64,000 nt of DNA. Source: Paragordius varius (lineage: Eukaryota > Animalia > Nematomorpha). Positions 44,664-58,900 of this stretch are shown here, piece by piece (the first letter of the stretch is position 1; each line of letters begins with the position of its first letter). Location: positions 4,030,001-4,094,000 of the forward strand of contig OZ176057.1 in assembly GCA_964247055.1 (NCBI GenBank), in the 5' to 3' direction. The notes beneath the pieces are model-generated. The model ran no database searches. It was not told where the DNA came from and worked only from the letters and a program-made list of their open reading frames with translations. The position numbers were made by a program, and so were the translations under genes.

Positions 44664-46210
44664 ATGAGTCTCATGCCTATGGTATTACTGCTGGGTATCG
44701 GCATTCAATTTTTACAGGTTTTTTTACAAATTTCTTTAAAAATTTGAGACCGCCAAGTTTTTTTTATTAGCTTTAACTATTTATTATTTGTAAACGAAAT
44801 TTTTATCCCCATTATGTAAAGGTATCAAGCGCCCCATCATATCAAAACTTGTCCACAAATGAACATATGATCGTATCTAGACATAAGCGTTATGCCAAAA
44901 GTTACGATACCTCCATTCTCTTGGGTAAATAAATTTATTCAGCGAAAAAGCTTTAAGAAAAATATATCATATTTTATATATATTGTTTACATCTTTTTTT
45001 CCTCCACACATTTTTTTGGTCAGAATGTCGGGGTTGTCCAAACACAGCGGCCTTGCCAAACACAATATGTGGCGTTAAAGGGGGTATTATGTGTCCCTCA
45101 GGGTACTCATGCGATATCCAAGTTGGTCGGAAAAAATCTAAAGATGATTATGGTTGTTGCTGTCCTATATTTACAACAGGTAAGAATAAAAAATATATAA
45201 TTAATGAATATATTCGTATCTTAAAAATTTTCGAAAAAAACACGCTATTGAAACTGTATCCACGGGAAGCGTTTTGAAGAAATTAATTTTATAGTTCTCA
45301 ATTAGTTAACTCTATTTATTATTTTTGTTTTATAGTCATTAAAGTAAACTTTATGTTTTGTAGTTATCATACCTTAAAACCCAATAAATGTCGTCCGAAG
45401 TTATTATGGGAAAAATATTTAGCAGATAAATTGACTTCGGTTTCGATTTGGAATCTCGGACTAGCTTTTTATACCCAGGGTTTTGTAAATAGAGTCAATG
45501 TTGAATAGTTTAATCTTAATTAGTGTTTTTGCAAATATGGTAAATGTTTTTATCCATTGCTCTGGTTATAAAAATCCAAAATTAGGACTTCCTTTATTGA
45601 TTAATTTTTATTAGAGTAAAAATGGATTTTATGACCTTTAGGCTTCTGGTTATGATAAGTCATATATGCCACTATATAACTTTTGCAAAGTAATCCTGAT
45701 GGTGCTAATATATTATGCTGAATTAATCAATAATTTTAATAATGAAAAAAATATATAGGGTGCTTACTTAAATTCTTATAACCTTTTAGCTGATTAAAAC
45801 TGATATTTTATACATATATAATATATATATGCAGTGGGACGTTTTTCTTTAAAACATTAACCGCAATAAATTGGACATATTATAATTTTTTTGTAGCTGT
45901 CACTGGAGAAACGACCATTATCATGACAACTAGTAACGTTACCACGGCAACCACCGCAAGCACAGCAAGTACCCCAACGTTACCCCCTCTCGCTGTTAAT
46001 CTTTTACCGCCTGTATTGTGTCCCGCAGGTCAGACTACGGTATGTAGTGCGAATCCTTGCTTACAAATTCGATACTGTTTACCCTTTTCAAGCAGTTACA
46101 GTTGTGTTCCTCGCCAATGTTTTGGTTTTTGTGAAGCCGAAGTCATAGCTGATGACACAGCGACCCCAGCTGTCTGCTCCTACATACAGGCCCCGTTACC
46201 CATTGGTTAA
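44664..46210 (+). CDS. Cys-rich secreted family gene G3 (208 aa)
   Basis: Exons 44664-44717 (MSLMPMVLLLGIGIQFLQ), 44822-44924 (VSSAP...SRHKRYAKSYDTSILL), 45024-45179 (ECRGCPN...CPSGYSCD...DDYGCCCPIFTT), 45897-46210 (Thr-rich linker plus 8-Cys domain CSANPC...CVPRQCFGFC). Total 627 nt in frame. The exon-2 acceptor (aaag) is weak. Confidence 0.85.
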
Positions 46211-46974
46211 AAAACAAATAAATATGATAATACCAACAAATATTTACATGAATGCCTTTACCTCATTTTCTTATAAAATATGCATATATCACCATTATCA
46301 CATTAACTTAGAAAATTATGAATGATACATGCCATCTTAACCAAACGTAATAATGTATGTAAAAATGTATAATTAATTTGGAAAAGTTTTATGTGCATGC
46401 GCAGTTATGTGTTTATAAACTTTTTAGTTACCGTTTTGGCTAGCATTCTCAAAAAACACAGATTCACTTAAAAATATTTTCCTGTTTTCTATAATGACAA
46501 TCATAGTTTATAATTTAAATCCCATAAATTTGCGAAAATTATGATTTATGAAACCAAAAAGCACATTTATTACTATATCGTGTTACATTTTTTATTAAAT
46601 CTAGAATTTTAGAAAAAAATCGTATATACCATATATTAATAAAATAAAATCAATCCCAATAAATTAATTACAATTAAAATTGACTATGGTTCATAATGAA
46701 TAAAGCTCTGTGTTAAAGTATTATTTAGGTTTTTGCAAAGCATTAACAATAATACTAAATATAATTTTTATATTAAAAAAATGTTTATTTAAGTTATATT
46801 GGTCCCGCTTATTATTAGTTTGTGAAATAGTGAGTGGATTTTTTATTTAATTTTTCCAAAAAATTATGCTTTTTCTACCAGCTATTTCTAGCATTTCATA
46901 ACTGTAATTTAAATGAAAAACTCAAAAACATGCATTGTTCATGGTAATGGAGATCTTATTATTTTTATTATAAA

Positions 46975-47540
46975 CTAGCGTAAATCTCGTGCTGCTACGC
47001 AGCCCGAGGAAGGCCTTTGAAAAAAGGGAAAATAAAATGATCCACTTATGTGAATTATTTCGAAACATTATTTAATAGATATGATCTCATAGGAATTTCA
47101 AAACGGTGCACTCATACTAATATATTGTTTACTTAAGCGAAAAATAGAATCAAAAAATTATTTTTGTGGGCTTTGTTTTTTGAAAAAATGGCATTTTACG
47201 AGGGGAGCGGGTAAAAAGGGCCTAAATTAAAAAAGCGAGCCGACTATGTTCGGCCCAATAAAGAATAACTAAACAAAATCATATTTGAAATTGAACGGTC
47301 CAACACGTTCTACGGAAAATTGTCTCAAAGACACGATTTTTGTGGACTTCTTTTTTTAAAAAATCCCGTTTTTCACACGGGGTGGGTTCGAACTAGGGGC
47401 CTATTTTAAAAAAAGCTATTGTCGGGGCATCCATTAATGATTATAGTTTTTCGATGTTTGGATTTGAATGGGTCTGCCGGTTTTTCGGAAACAGATCACA
47501 AAGCCAGCATTTTCCATTTATATATATATATATATATAGA
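46975..47540 (-). mobile_element. Helitron family H copy with intact termini
   Basis: Minus strand A|TCTATATATA...GCTGCGTAGCAGC hairpin, 12 nt, CTAG|T: the canonical Helitron end structure. Confidence 0.85.
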
Positions 47541-50500
47541 TTATAGTGATCTTAAAGAATCAATTATTTTATAGCCTCTATGTTTGAATTAAAGTTTTAA
47601 CAGGTCATATCTGGCCGCTTTAGGAGAATAATTATAATATATAATACCAGAATACCATTAATCCGAAGCTAAAATAAAATCCACTACTAGATTATAATAG
47701 AGTTTAATAATTAAATAATTTAGAGGTCCAAAATACAAAATTTTAGTTGATACCTCATTGCCCAGTCCTCTAATAAAAAATCTAAACTAAAATGTACATA
47801 TAAAACATCTGCCCTAATTTATATACTATATATTATTCCTAAATGATTAAGTAATTAATATATTTTTATGGTTGCAAATTTGGTTAATGATGAAAATTTT
47901 TTAGATAGTTTACATTCTAAATTAACTATAGTCATACAATTTACTCCTGTTTCAGTCGCGGGTCCCACCACCCAAACCATAATAAGTTCCTAATTAGAGA
48001 TAATATTAGGTTTTTCACAACAAAATATTTAATAATTTCGATGATGAAGTTTTTTTTACTGAATTCAAACCAAATTTAGTGTCAAACGTCATAACAAATA
48101 TGCCTAACGAAAATGCTCTAAACTACCTCATATATCTTATCCTATGATGCAAAATGGATAATTTTATTTACATTTATTTACATTATATATATTAAAATTT
48201 TTATCTAAAAAACTTTAACATTTCAAAATTATTGAAGTATTGTTCAAAGGTTTTCAAGGATTTAGGTGTTTAGAGTGTCTTTTAAACCACATATATTAAG
48301 AAAACATTTTAATGCAAAACGCTTAAAAATTTGCCTAAAAATTTGTGGTATTTACTATTAATTTGTTAAAACGTTAAATAATTTGCAAATACATATATAT
48401 ATATTTATAATTGATTTTTAATCGGAAAAGCTTTTGATTTCTATTTTGCAATTTTTTGATTATTATTTAATTTAAGGACATTTGTTTCTTTTATATAAAA
48501 TTTGACAACTCCCCATTAGACTCTGGAAATAACGAAGAAGATGTATAAATCGTTTGATAATGATTTTATGTTTAATAATTATAATTAAGACATATTACAT
48601 TAATAAAACATTGTTCATGAATTCAGTTAAATGAAATATTTTATAAATAAGTATTTTTTCCAATCTTTAATAACAGTCCCATATGTAATTTTCATATAAC
48701 TTTAAAAGCCATGAATTTTCATATACTTTTATGGTTTAAGGTGTGTTTGCATCCTAACTTTGAGGGAATCTTGAAAATAAAAAATGATAAAAAAGCTTTG
48801 TTAGCTCTCGACTGTCTGGATTTTTGACAATTGCATAAAATATTAGTATAACTGCAAAACGCTATCATTAAGAATAATATTTATGCAGCTATTATAAGTA
48901 TATTTTGGTTAATAAATCTTACCTAAATATATACTTTTGACCGCAAATTTTTTATTCAAATGAATTAACACATCTATATTTGGTGTCTTAAATTAAAATT
49001 GCTTTAATGCGGCTCGAAAATTTGTATTAATATTAATAACAATTAATAATTTTTTATTCCGGTGCTTCATATAAATTATTTTTAAATTTTATTTTTCAAA
49101 TTATACTTATGACAAATCTGTAAAAGATGAAAAAAACTAAATCTATATATTTAATTTAATTTTATTTATTCAGTTTAAACGGATTATTGGTTAAATAAAA
49201 ATAATTTATGCCGCCTCATTCATATTATCCAATAAAATTTTTATTTATTATTAAAATATATATAATAATAAAAAATTTAATGATTATAATAAAACCGGTT
49301 ATATAAATGTGACAAGTTTATCGTTTCAAGGCGGAAATCGCATTGATTAAGTTTTATTACTATTAATTTTAAAATCACACTTACAAATTTTCTATGAAAA
49401 AAACGCTTTTAGTGATTAATTAATTATATTTTACCGATTGATTTATAAATGAGCACAAAAAAATATAAAATTTTTAAAACATTTTTATATACCTTATAAA
49501 GTTTAAGGTCTCTTAATCAATTTACTACCCTCACATAATTTATGACAAAACTATGTGCAAGGATTATATTATATAAATATTTACATAGAGGGGTATTTTA
49601 TGATTTATATGCTGAAATTAGGGAGGTACTACCAAGTGTAAAGGAATCATGCTTCTGCCCATATCCGTATAATGTATGCAAGAAAATTTGAATTAATTAA
49701 GTCATCGTTTTGCAATTTTTATTTTCGAAATTATTAAAACAACAACGATTGATTTGAAGCTAAAACTTTATTTAATTATAACGCTAATTGCAGTTTCAAG
49801 CAGCAGCCCATCAATCATTTCATTCACCGAGATTTAGATAACAATTATCATTTAAATCAATCAATCTATCATTCTATAAATCAATCAATTAATTAATAAA
49901 AATTATATAATACTAACTGGTAATATTTGCTAAGCCAAATTCATATTGTATCATTTATTTGATCCTATCGGAATAATAGACATTGGGTTAATTTAAAGAA
50001 GATGGCTAAAACCTTTATTCCAAATATTATTTTATTCAAATCCTTAATAGCCGTCATACAGGTATGATAATATTATTATTTTTCGAGAATACGTCATTGT
50101 GTGAAATTACAATTTTGGGGTGTTTACTCGTACTTGTTAGGCTAATCTTTAGCCAATACGTAGCCAAAAAAAGTGTTGCAAATTTCGGTGCATTATGGAA
50201 ATTATCATTAAAAATAGTTATTTAGAGCCTAATTTTATTATTGCAATCAAAATTTGAATTGGAAAATTAAGAAGTTTCCAATACTTATAATACGCTTGTT
50301 TTCTTCAGTTGAGGAGACCTAGTTTTTTCCCGAAAGAGTTATTTAACTCACTAGGATTTGTTTTGCTTAAATAATAAATTCCATAATCATTTTTGACAAC
50401 CAACCTAAATTCTCGTATAGTGTGTTTTAATTCAAAACTAAATTAGATGATTTTCGTCGATTTGATATATTTACTGGCTGGCCCTGTGACGCTTAGCTGT

Positions 50501-50660
50501 GACGTAGTCTCACCGATAATTAATAATTTGAATAAAAGGAAATGGAGATAAAAAATAATAAAAAACATAATTTATAAAAGAATGTCTTTAATTATTTTCT
50601 ACCGGTTTTTGCATAGGCTTAAATATTGTTACTTGAATACGACCATATTTACACTGTCCT

Positions 50661-53500
50661 TTATTATTATTATTGTAGCAAAGATCGTTGTCGATTTATT
50701 GCTTTTTCGAAGGTGTATTTTCTCCAGTTTATTCGATTGTAAGTGAGTGATGTTAGCTGTTGTAAAGAGAGATTGGTTTCTTTGGTTAGGTTTTCGATCC
50801 AGCGCATCTTGCAGCGTCCACGTTTCCTGGATCCTTCGACCTTGCCTGTCATTAGTTGGAATTCCAAGTCATTAGCTCTGGGAATATGACCAAAGTATGA
50901 TAATTTCATTTTGAGGCACATGCCAATCAGGTGTATCTCGGGGTTTATTTTGTCAAAAATTTAGTGTTTTTTATTTTGTCTTTCCAAGTGATTCGAACTT
51001 CCGCCAGCACCAGTTTTCGAAGGCGTTAATGTATTTTTCGTCTACCTTTTTTATTGTCCAGCTTTCTGATGCATATAGCATGCTAGGAAATATTAGGGCT
51101 TTAACTAAACGGATTTTTGTTTTAAGTTTGGTGTCGTGTGATGACCATAGTTTATTATATTTTATCATTTTTGTCTTAGGAATTCCTATTCTTCTTCTGA
51201 TGTCTGGGGTGCTGTTGTTTGTTGTATTTATAAGACTGCCTAGGTAAGTGTATTGGGACACTACTTCTATTTGTTGGTTGTGAAAAGATAAATTGTTATA
51301 GTGGTTATGTGCGTTTATAATCATGATTTTAGTTTTTTTAAAGTTGATGGTCAATCCAAATTTTTGACATTCGTTTAAGAATTCAGTTAGGAGTTTTTTC
51401 AGGTTGTCCACTGAGTTTTACAGCAGTATGTCATCAGCATAGTGAAGTGATGATATAATATTGCCGGCAATGCTTATACTATTAGTTTTATCCATGTTCC
51501 GTAATACGCTTTCTATGCAGACGTTAAAAAGAGTGGGTGAAAGGACACATCCTTGTCTTAAACCATTGTTCATTTGTACCCAATTACCTGTGCCATGTGG
51601 GGTTTTATGTTTAGTGATGAGTTGGAATAGAGGGATTTAATGATGTTTAAAATGTGATCTGAAACTCCCATCTGAGATAGTGCCTTCCACAGCGTGTCGT
51701 GTTTCACGCTGTCGAAGGCTTTTGTAAAATCAATGAAGCAGATGTGGGTTTCTTTCTGAAATTTAATTTGTTTTTCGAATATCCAACGTATATTGCTGAT
51801 CATGTCCCTGCATCCGCGATTGGATCTAAATCCCGTTTGGGTATTAGAAAGTTCGGCTTCAATTATGCCTTGGATACGCCTGTGAATTATTTTGAGGAAA
51901 ACTTTTGATGCTTGATTGATTAGCGCTATAGTTCTATAGTTGTTAAATGATTTAGAATCGTCTTTTTTCAAGATGGGGATGAGTATTGATTTGCACCAGT
52001 CTTGGGGGAATGAGGCGTGAGCAAATATCTTTTGGAATAAGTCAGTTAGGATATGAATTGGGATAAAACGAATGAGTTCGGTTGGAATATCGTTGTACCC
52101 CTCAGATTTGTTGTTTGGGGAATGGTTGAGCGCTCATTCAACTTTCTCTTTGATAATCGGGAAGTCATGTTGATAGATCTTACTGTTTTTATCGGCGTTC
52201 GATGGACTGGAGCCGTATAGTTTTTATACGTATTGTTCCCATTGTTCCACCAGTGTTTTTTTGTCTGTGATGATATCTCCATCTTCCTTTCTCATTGGGC
52301 CTTTGTAGATTTTAGACCTACGCGGAGCAATGTGATCTACTTCAGCAAAGTAGTTGTTTTTATGTTTAGCAGCGTTTTCTAATTTTAAGCACAGCTGATT
52401 GTAGTGATCGTTTTTGTCTTCCCGAGCGCTTTTTTGGAACTCTGCATTAAGTGATTTGTACTCTGCCATATTATTATTGCGTTTAGCTTGGCTCCGTTTG
52501 TCCGCTAAATCTAAACTTTTTTGTGATAGCTTAATTTTGTTAAGATGGGATTTTTGGATAGGGATGCATTCTCTGGCTGTAGTACTAGTGACATTTTGTA
52601 TTGTATTCCAAAGATTTTCAGCGTCATCATCTATTTCGAGTGTTTTAAATCTGTTTTCAAGTAACAAAGGAAACTCGGGGAGATCGCAGAAAAATCTAAT
52701 TTAGGTTTATGCTGAAATTTTGATTTGCGTGAGATAACTGTTTTACTTTTTAGTTTAGCTACAAGGAGATTATGATCAGAATAGCAGTCATAACCGGGGT
52801 AGGTTTTTACGTTCATAAAGGAAGATTTATATTTTTGCATACCGAGAATAAAGTCAATTTGGTTTCTGTGCCTCTTGCAAGGTGAAATCCATGTGCATAG
52901 CCTTCGCTTAGGTTGTTGGAAAAAGAAGTTTGATATGAATAATTTGCGTTCGCTGCAAAATTCTATGAGGCGGTCTCCTCTATCGTTTTAGTCCTTTCCC
53001 ACCAGTGATTTGATGTGTATTATCGTTGCCTACTATCGCGTTGAAGTCGCCCAATACAAATATCATGTCTTTTTCAAAAACTTTCTCAATAGCTGAACTG
53101 AGATCCTCATAAAATTGTTCGGAGTCTTCTTCGTTGTTAGAGATGGTAGGGGCGTAGATTTGGAATATTGTTATTGGTTGTGGAGACGAGTTTAATCGGA
53201 GTGATATTATGCGATCGCTGTGTGGATGGTGAATTTCAGATTTGGCGATTGATTTGTATTAGGGCCACACCGTTTCGTTTAAGAGCATCTTGACCTGAGT
53301 ATAATAGGATGTGATTTTCATATTCTATGTGGCCGTTTAATGGAATGTGGGATTCTGCTATTTCTAATATACTTATGTTGAGTTTCACCATTTCTTTTAT
53401 GATAACTTCGATTTTGTTGGTGGTGCCGCGTGAGTTCCATGTACCAATGCGTAAAGACAGGAATTAATTTTTTTTCGGAACAGTCATTGTCTGAATTTAG
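50661..53500 (-). mobile_element. RTE (BovB/Expander-like) LINE, near full length, degenerate
   Basis: APE LRIGTWNSRG; RT NYRTIALIN, FIDFTKAFDSV, LHYADDILL; C-terminus KLSYFGHI...GKVEGSRKRGR; (TAA)n tail at 50661-50675. The 5' end is approximate. Confidence 0.92.
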
Positions 53501-53999
53501 TTGGTTTAGATGTAGAGAATTAGGGAGGATGTGTTAACAATCGATAGGTTCGTGATGAAGGATATGAGGAAAAAATGAGTTGTATTTTTGAATGATAAAT
53601 GATATTTTGTGGACAATTAATTTTTGGTTTGTGTTTTCTTGAGAATGATGATGTATGGGGATCAGATAAAAGTAGGAGAAATGGTTGATAAATTCTTGTC
53701 TAATGCATTGGATAGAGGCTTTCATTAATACTGTCAAAAAAAGAAAAAATACATCTTCAAAAATAATTGATACTTCTTCAGGAAGGTAGGCATACCAAGC
53801 CTTTCCCACCTCCATCTTTACCGTATGTTTTCACGAACGAAAGTTAATATTCCACTATATTTGGATTTATTTTAAGATTTTCGTTTTACGAAATCTTTTT
53901 TAAAAGTTCTAATTGTGTTCACACAGCTGGGATCAAGGGATATAAAAGTAAATCATTTGTGGTCCCTTTTTAAGGGAAAGAATCATATCCAGAAATGTG

Positions 54000-55812
54000 T
54001 TTAACTGAAGTATGGTGTCTTAGGTTTTTTGAAAATTAGCTCCAAAACGCCAATTTTATATGGCGTCTCAGTTATAAACCGGTAGACCCCTACCCATAGA
54101 CCTATATGGAAAAAGCGCTGAGTTAAATTCTTTGTCTTTATAGGGCAAATATTTGGAATCATCTTTGATACCATCGTCTCATGTGTTATTCTAAAAAATA
54201 CCTTAACTCTAAATAATCATTATATGAAGACCTATTTTTAGGGGAAAAAAGGCCTTAACGGCTGATTAAAAAACGCCTGACCATTTTCACCTAGTTACTG
54301 GTAATATTCTAAGCTTTTAATGAACTCATATGGCTTCATAAATATTCTGTAAATTAGCTCCAAAACAACGCAATTTCTATATAATGGCGCAGTTTTTGGG
54401 TAGCTTATCCAGGGACAGGTATAAAAATAATTTTTTTGCTTTAATATGGGCATTATCTGGAATTTCATGGATTACATATGTTTTTGTTAGACACATGGGT
54501 TTTCTGAAATTCGGCTCCAAAGGCATGCTGTATCGCTATAATCGCAGTTTTATGCGGGTAGCCCCATAACCAGGGGCGAAACAAAAAAACGCTCGATTAA
54601 CATTTTTGCCTTAATTCGAATAATACCTTGAATCATGATTGATTCCATATCCTCTCCTATTATTTTTCAAAAATTGCCTAGGAATCAAAAGGTTATTCTA
54701 TGGTCGCGTTTCAGAGAAAGGGTCTAATTAAGGGGTAATCTAATATAATCGCTCTATTTAAATATTTGCCTTTTTACGCGTAATGTTTCAAGCCCTTATT
54801 AAACTCATATGGCCTGATAAATTATGATGCCTCCAAATTCACGCTGTATCGATATAGTGGCGGTGCTGTTGACGGGTAGCCCCCTACCCAAAGGCCAATA
54901 AAAAAAAGACGTTCGAAAAAATTTGCTTTTAAGGGGAATGCCCAATTATCATTCATTCCATATGTTTTAATAATTTTTGAAAGAATGACTTCACATTTTT
55001 TAGGGCGTAAAGCCCTTATTATTGGCTATTTAAAACACCGCTCAAATAAATTTGTCTTTTAACGGGTTAAATTTTAGGCACTTATTTAACTTATATGGCC
55101 TGACATAAGTTTTCATAAAATTAACTCCTAAACAACGCAATTTTGATATGGTGGCGCAGTTTTAGGCGGTTAGCTCCCTACCCAGATGCTGATACAAAAA
55201 AGTTGATTAAAATTTTGGCCCTTTTACGGAAAATATCTGGAATCATGATTCATATGCTCCCACTAATTTTTGGAAAAATTGCCTCCAAACTAAAAATCAC
55301 TCCATGATGGCGCATTTTCGCGTGAAGGGCCTAATTAACAGCTAATTTCAATAAAACCACACGATCTAATTTTTGCCTTGTTACGGGTAATATTTTAAGC
55401 AGCTATTTAACTCATATGGCCTATAGGTTTTCCTAAATTTAGCCCCAAAGGCAAGCTATTTTAATATGACGGGTGAGTTTTTATGTATCTCTCTACTCAG
55501 CAGCTATCATCAGGGAAACGCTTGACAATTTTTGCCTTTCAACAGGGAATAGTGGAATCCTTTTTGAATTTTTACGGGGCGATCCGACTTTGTTCGGCGC
55601 AATCGATAAGTAAAAAATCATATTTTAAATCAAATGGTCCAACACGTTTTCGGGAAAATTGCCTCAAAGACACGATTTTTGTGGACTTCTGTTAAAAAAC
55701 CCTTTTACACGAGGTGGGCCAGAACAAGGGATAATGATTTTTTTTAGTATAAATGTAAAAGGGTCTACCGGTTTTCCAGAAACAGATTACAAAACCATCA
55801 CTTTCCATTTTA
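54000..55812 (-). mobile_element. Helitron family H copy with ~5 internal ~300-bp units
   Basis: Units at ~54010, 54320, 54820, 55085, 55410 match those in 37830-39498. The right part matches 800-1070. Confidence 0.7.
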
Positions 55813-55964
55813 ATGTTTGATTATCAAATGTAATCATTCTTATAACATGTTAAAAGACATATTATTTTTTATTATAGTGACTTCCTATAATTTTTTATTA
55901 ACATAAATTCAAACTTTATATTATCTAAAATATTTCACCTATGCAGTTTTATTTCTAACATGTG

Positions 55965-58900
55965 ATGAACATTCGACATATTGACTTGCTAAATTTAACG
56001 CTTCATTTTTCACTATCTAATGCTAATTTACATATTGCGGTATATCCCAGAGCTCAATTTTGTAAATAACCCACAGTTTTGTAAATTATTTTAGTTAAAA
56101 TTTTATTAAACATTGAATGTTGAAAGCTTTTTGTATTTACATTTTTTTAACTACATACATTTATTTTCCTCTCGCATAGCGATTTAACATATAAAAAAAT
56201 GGCGGCGAAAAAGTTTGAGATGAGGATTTTAGATTTATAGATTTTTTAAATTTTTTGTATAATGCTCTTAAAAGTCTAACGCATTTTATTAATTCAGCTT
56301 AAAACTTCAAATCAGGGGTGTTCAACATAAATGGCTTCCACATAATCTTAGTAAAATTGAAATTTCTTAAACAATTTATAATTCTGCTTAAATCACATGC
56401 AAGAATAAAAATTGTTATATTGTGTCGGAATTTTCTGATAAAATGAAAAATTTATTGTATGATATATGTAATTTATTTTCTTTTTAAAAGATAACAGACG
56501 TCCCCAACCTAAACGTGCTAGCTTTTACCCAATTCAAACAATATTCCAGGTATTATATCATTCATGATATTTAACAAATTTTATAAATATAAGGTAGTGG
56601 TTTGATATATAGATGACTAAATATAAGTATATTAAAGACTTGCCATCTTAAACACTTAAGGTCACTTCAGTATAGCATATCTAGCATATTTCTTATTTTG
56701 ATTTTAGCTTATGAGTACCAAATCATAAAGCATTAATTTATTTGCCTAGCCGGAAATATATTCTTTATAAATATTAAATATTAGATTGGCTTAATAAAAT
56801 TTTTGAAAGTTTAAATAAACTTAACTCATATTCTCAACCTATTTGAACAGCGATTAAAAAAATATTTTGTTTAATTCTAGATATTAGTACACAATATTTT
56901 GAATTTTTATTGATTAAATTACAAACAATTTTAGAACCAATTATGGCCATCAACCCATGCTCCATAGGTATCAACAAGTCCTCTTCAATCAGAACCGACA
57001 TTACAAACCTAGGATATTTTTTCAACGATCTGACATGATACCAATTTATTATGATAATCGTATGCCGCAGGCTCATTATCCCTCTTCCAATATAATTAAA
57101 CAGCAAAGATGGAATCCCCGTTTTCCAAGTTACTACCAAAGAGATCATTTGCAAATGGCTCAGCAACAAAATATGGAAACATCATATCCAGAAACAGGAT
57201 ATCATTATCAAAATCCTTCTGCCCGATACACCAACATGCATGAAATGGTTGAATCAAATAATGTTGGAGATGATTTAACTCAAATGAATGCACATGAAAA
57301 CAGTGCTCCAGCCCCTAGACTAATCTTTGATGAATATGGTTTTATTGATGAAAGTCAACAAAATGAGGAATCTCGATCCAACAATTACCCCTATGTAACC
57401 GAGCCAGAAAACTATAATACTTATAACTATGTACCAAACAACAATTACAGACCCATGAACATGAATAACAGGGAAAACAGATTAGTAATGAACTCCTTAC
57501 AGCAAGTCACACGAAGGAGACATCCCATATTACAAATGCTCTATAATGCATTCCTACAAAATAAACAGCGCTATGATAGAAACAATGAACAAATAAATTC
57601 CCACAACAATGAAGATATGATGCAAAAGAATCAGGTCCAAGCCAATAAAATTTCGGTTTCAAGCGGTTACGACCCTCGTAAATCCTATGATGACACCATA
57701 AATATAGGTTTATATACAAAATATTATGTATATATTTTTGATTTAGTTAATATATGTTAAAAGATATTGATATATAATATTGAATATACAAGAAATGTTT
57801 ATGATTAATATACCAAATCCACAAATTAAAAATTAAAAGAGAAGCTTTTGAGCACAAATCTCATTATTTTATACGAAATTAATGTGATTTAAATGCAATT
57901 AATAATTTACTCAAAATTTAACACGAAAACGCATTTTTATAATGGGATATTACTAAAGGCGTGATGGTAAGTAGGTAGGGCGCCGGACTCTTACACTGCC
58001 TGCCAGAGATCGAACACCCAAACTATGCAATTTTTTCATCAACACTGTCAGCCCTGGGAAGGGTTTAAAGCCTTGACAAGTCCGGATAAAATTAATAAAA
58101 AAAGATAAAAGAGACTCTAAACTGTATATAATGGGAGATTACTAATGTGATTAATCATTTTTTAGATATTTACACTTAATGCCCTTTCAACATTTTGCAT
58201 GCGATGACATTATTTATTGGAGATTAATAAAATTAAGAAATAAATTGGCGGTGAGAACTTTTGAGATAAACATTTTTTGCAATTTAACATTTTATTAAAA
58301 AAAATACTATGATGCGTCTAAAAGGTTAAATAAGGCATATTTTTATATAATACTAAATTTTTTAGATATTTTAATTATATATGGCTTGGTATAAAAACTA
58401 CGACGAAAGTTCATGAAATGTTAAAAATCAAAATGACTATCAACTGCTTGTTTCATTTTTTTTCTCCTTGACACTCGTAGATATTAACCCAAATTTAAGA
58501 CGCTACTATAGTATAATATGTCAAAGTTTGTCAAAATATTGGTGTTTTTTCATCTTAAAATCTTAGATGGAGGAATCGATTAGCTTTCAGAAACTGAAAA
58601 ATTTGGTTCATTGCATATAAAAAAGATAAACTTAAAAAGGTTTTAAATGTAGCCAGCTATGTTATGATGTATTTTAGCGATAATGCGTAGTAAACGCCTT
58701 CTATAAAATTAAAAATTGAAACACAAATATACTATTTATGTATTTTACTAGTTTAGCTATAATTCATTAATGAAACACATGTATTCATTACACGATGGCT
58801 TGTCAAAAGCAGCTGTTAACCTACCGTAAAAAATCATTTCTTTGCGTTATTTTCCTTTGTGAACCCCAAACATTTTTGAGTTTGGATTTGTGTTTCTCTT

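Noticed and set aside
47868-47993. 42-aa ORF with a GC-rich patch, and an exon-like stretch at ~49589-49691 (CFCPYPYNVC)
   Set aside because: No family motif and no phase-consistent partner exons were found; insufficient support for a fifth paralog.
57958-58030. Functional tRNA gene
   Set aside because: No acceptor-stem or T-stem closure could be built; treated as SINE-like at most.
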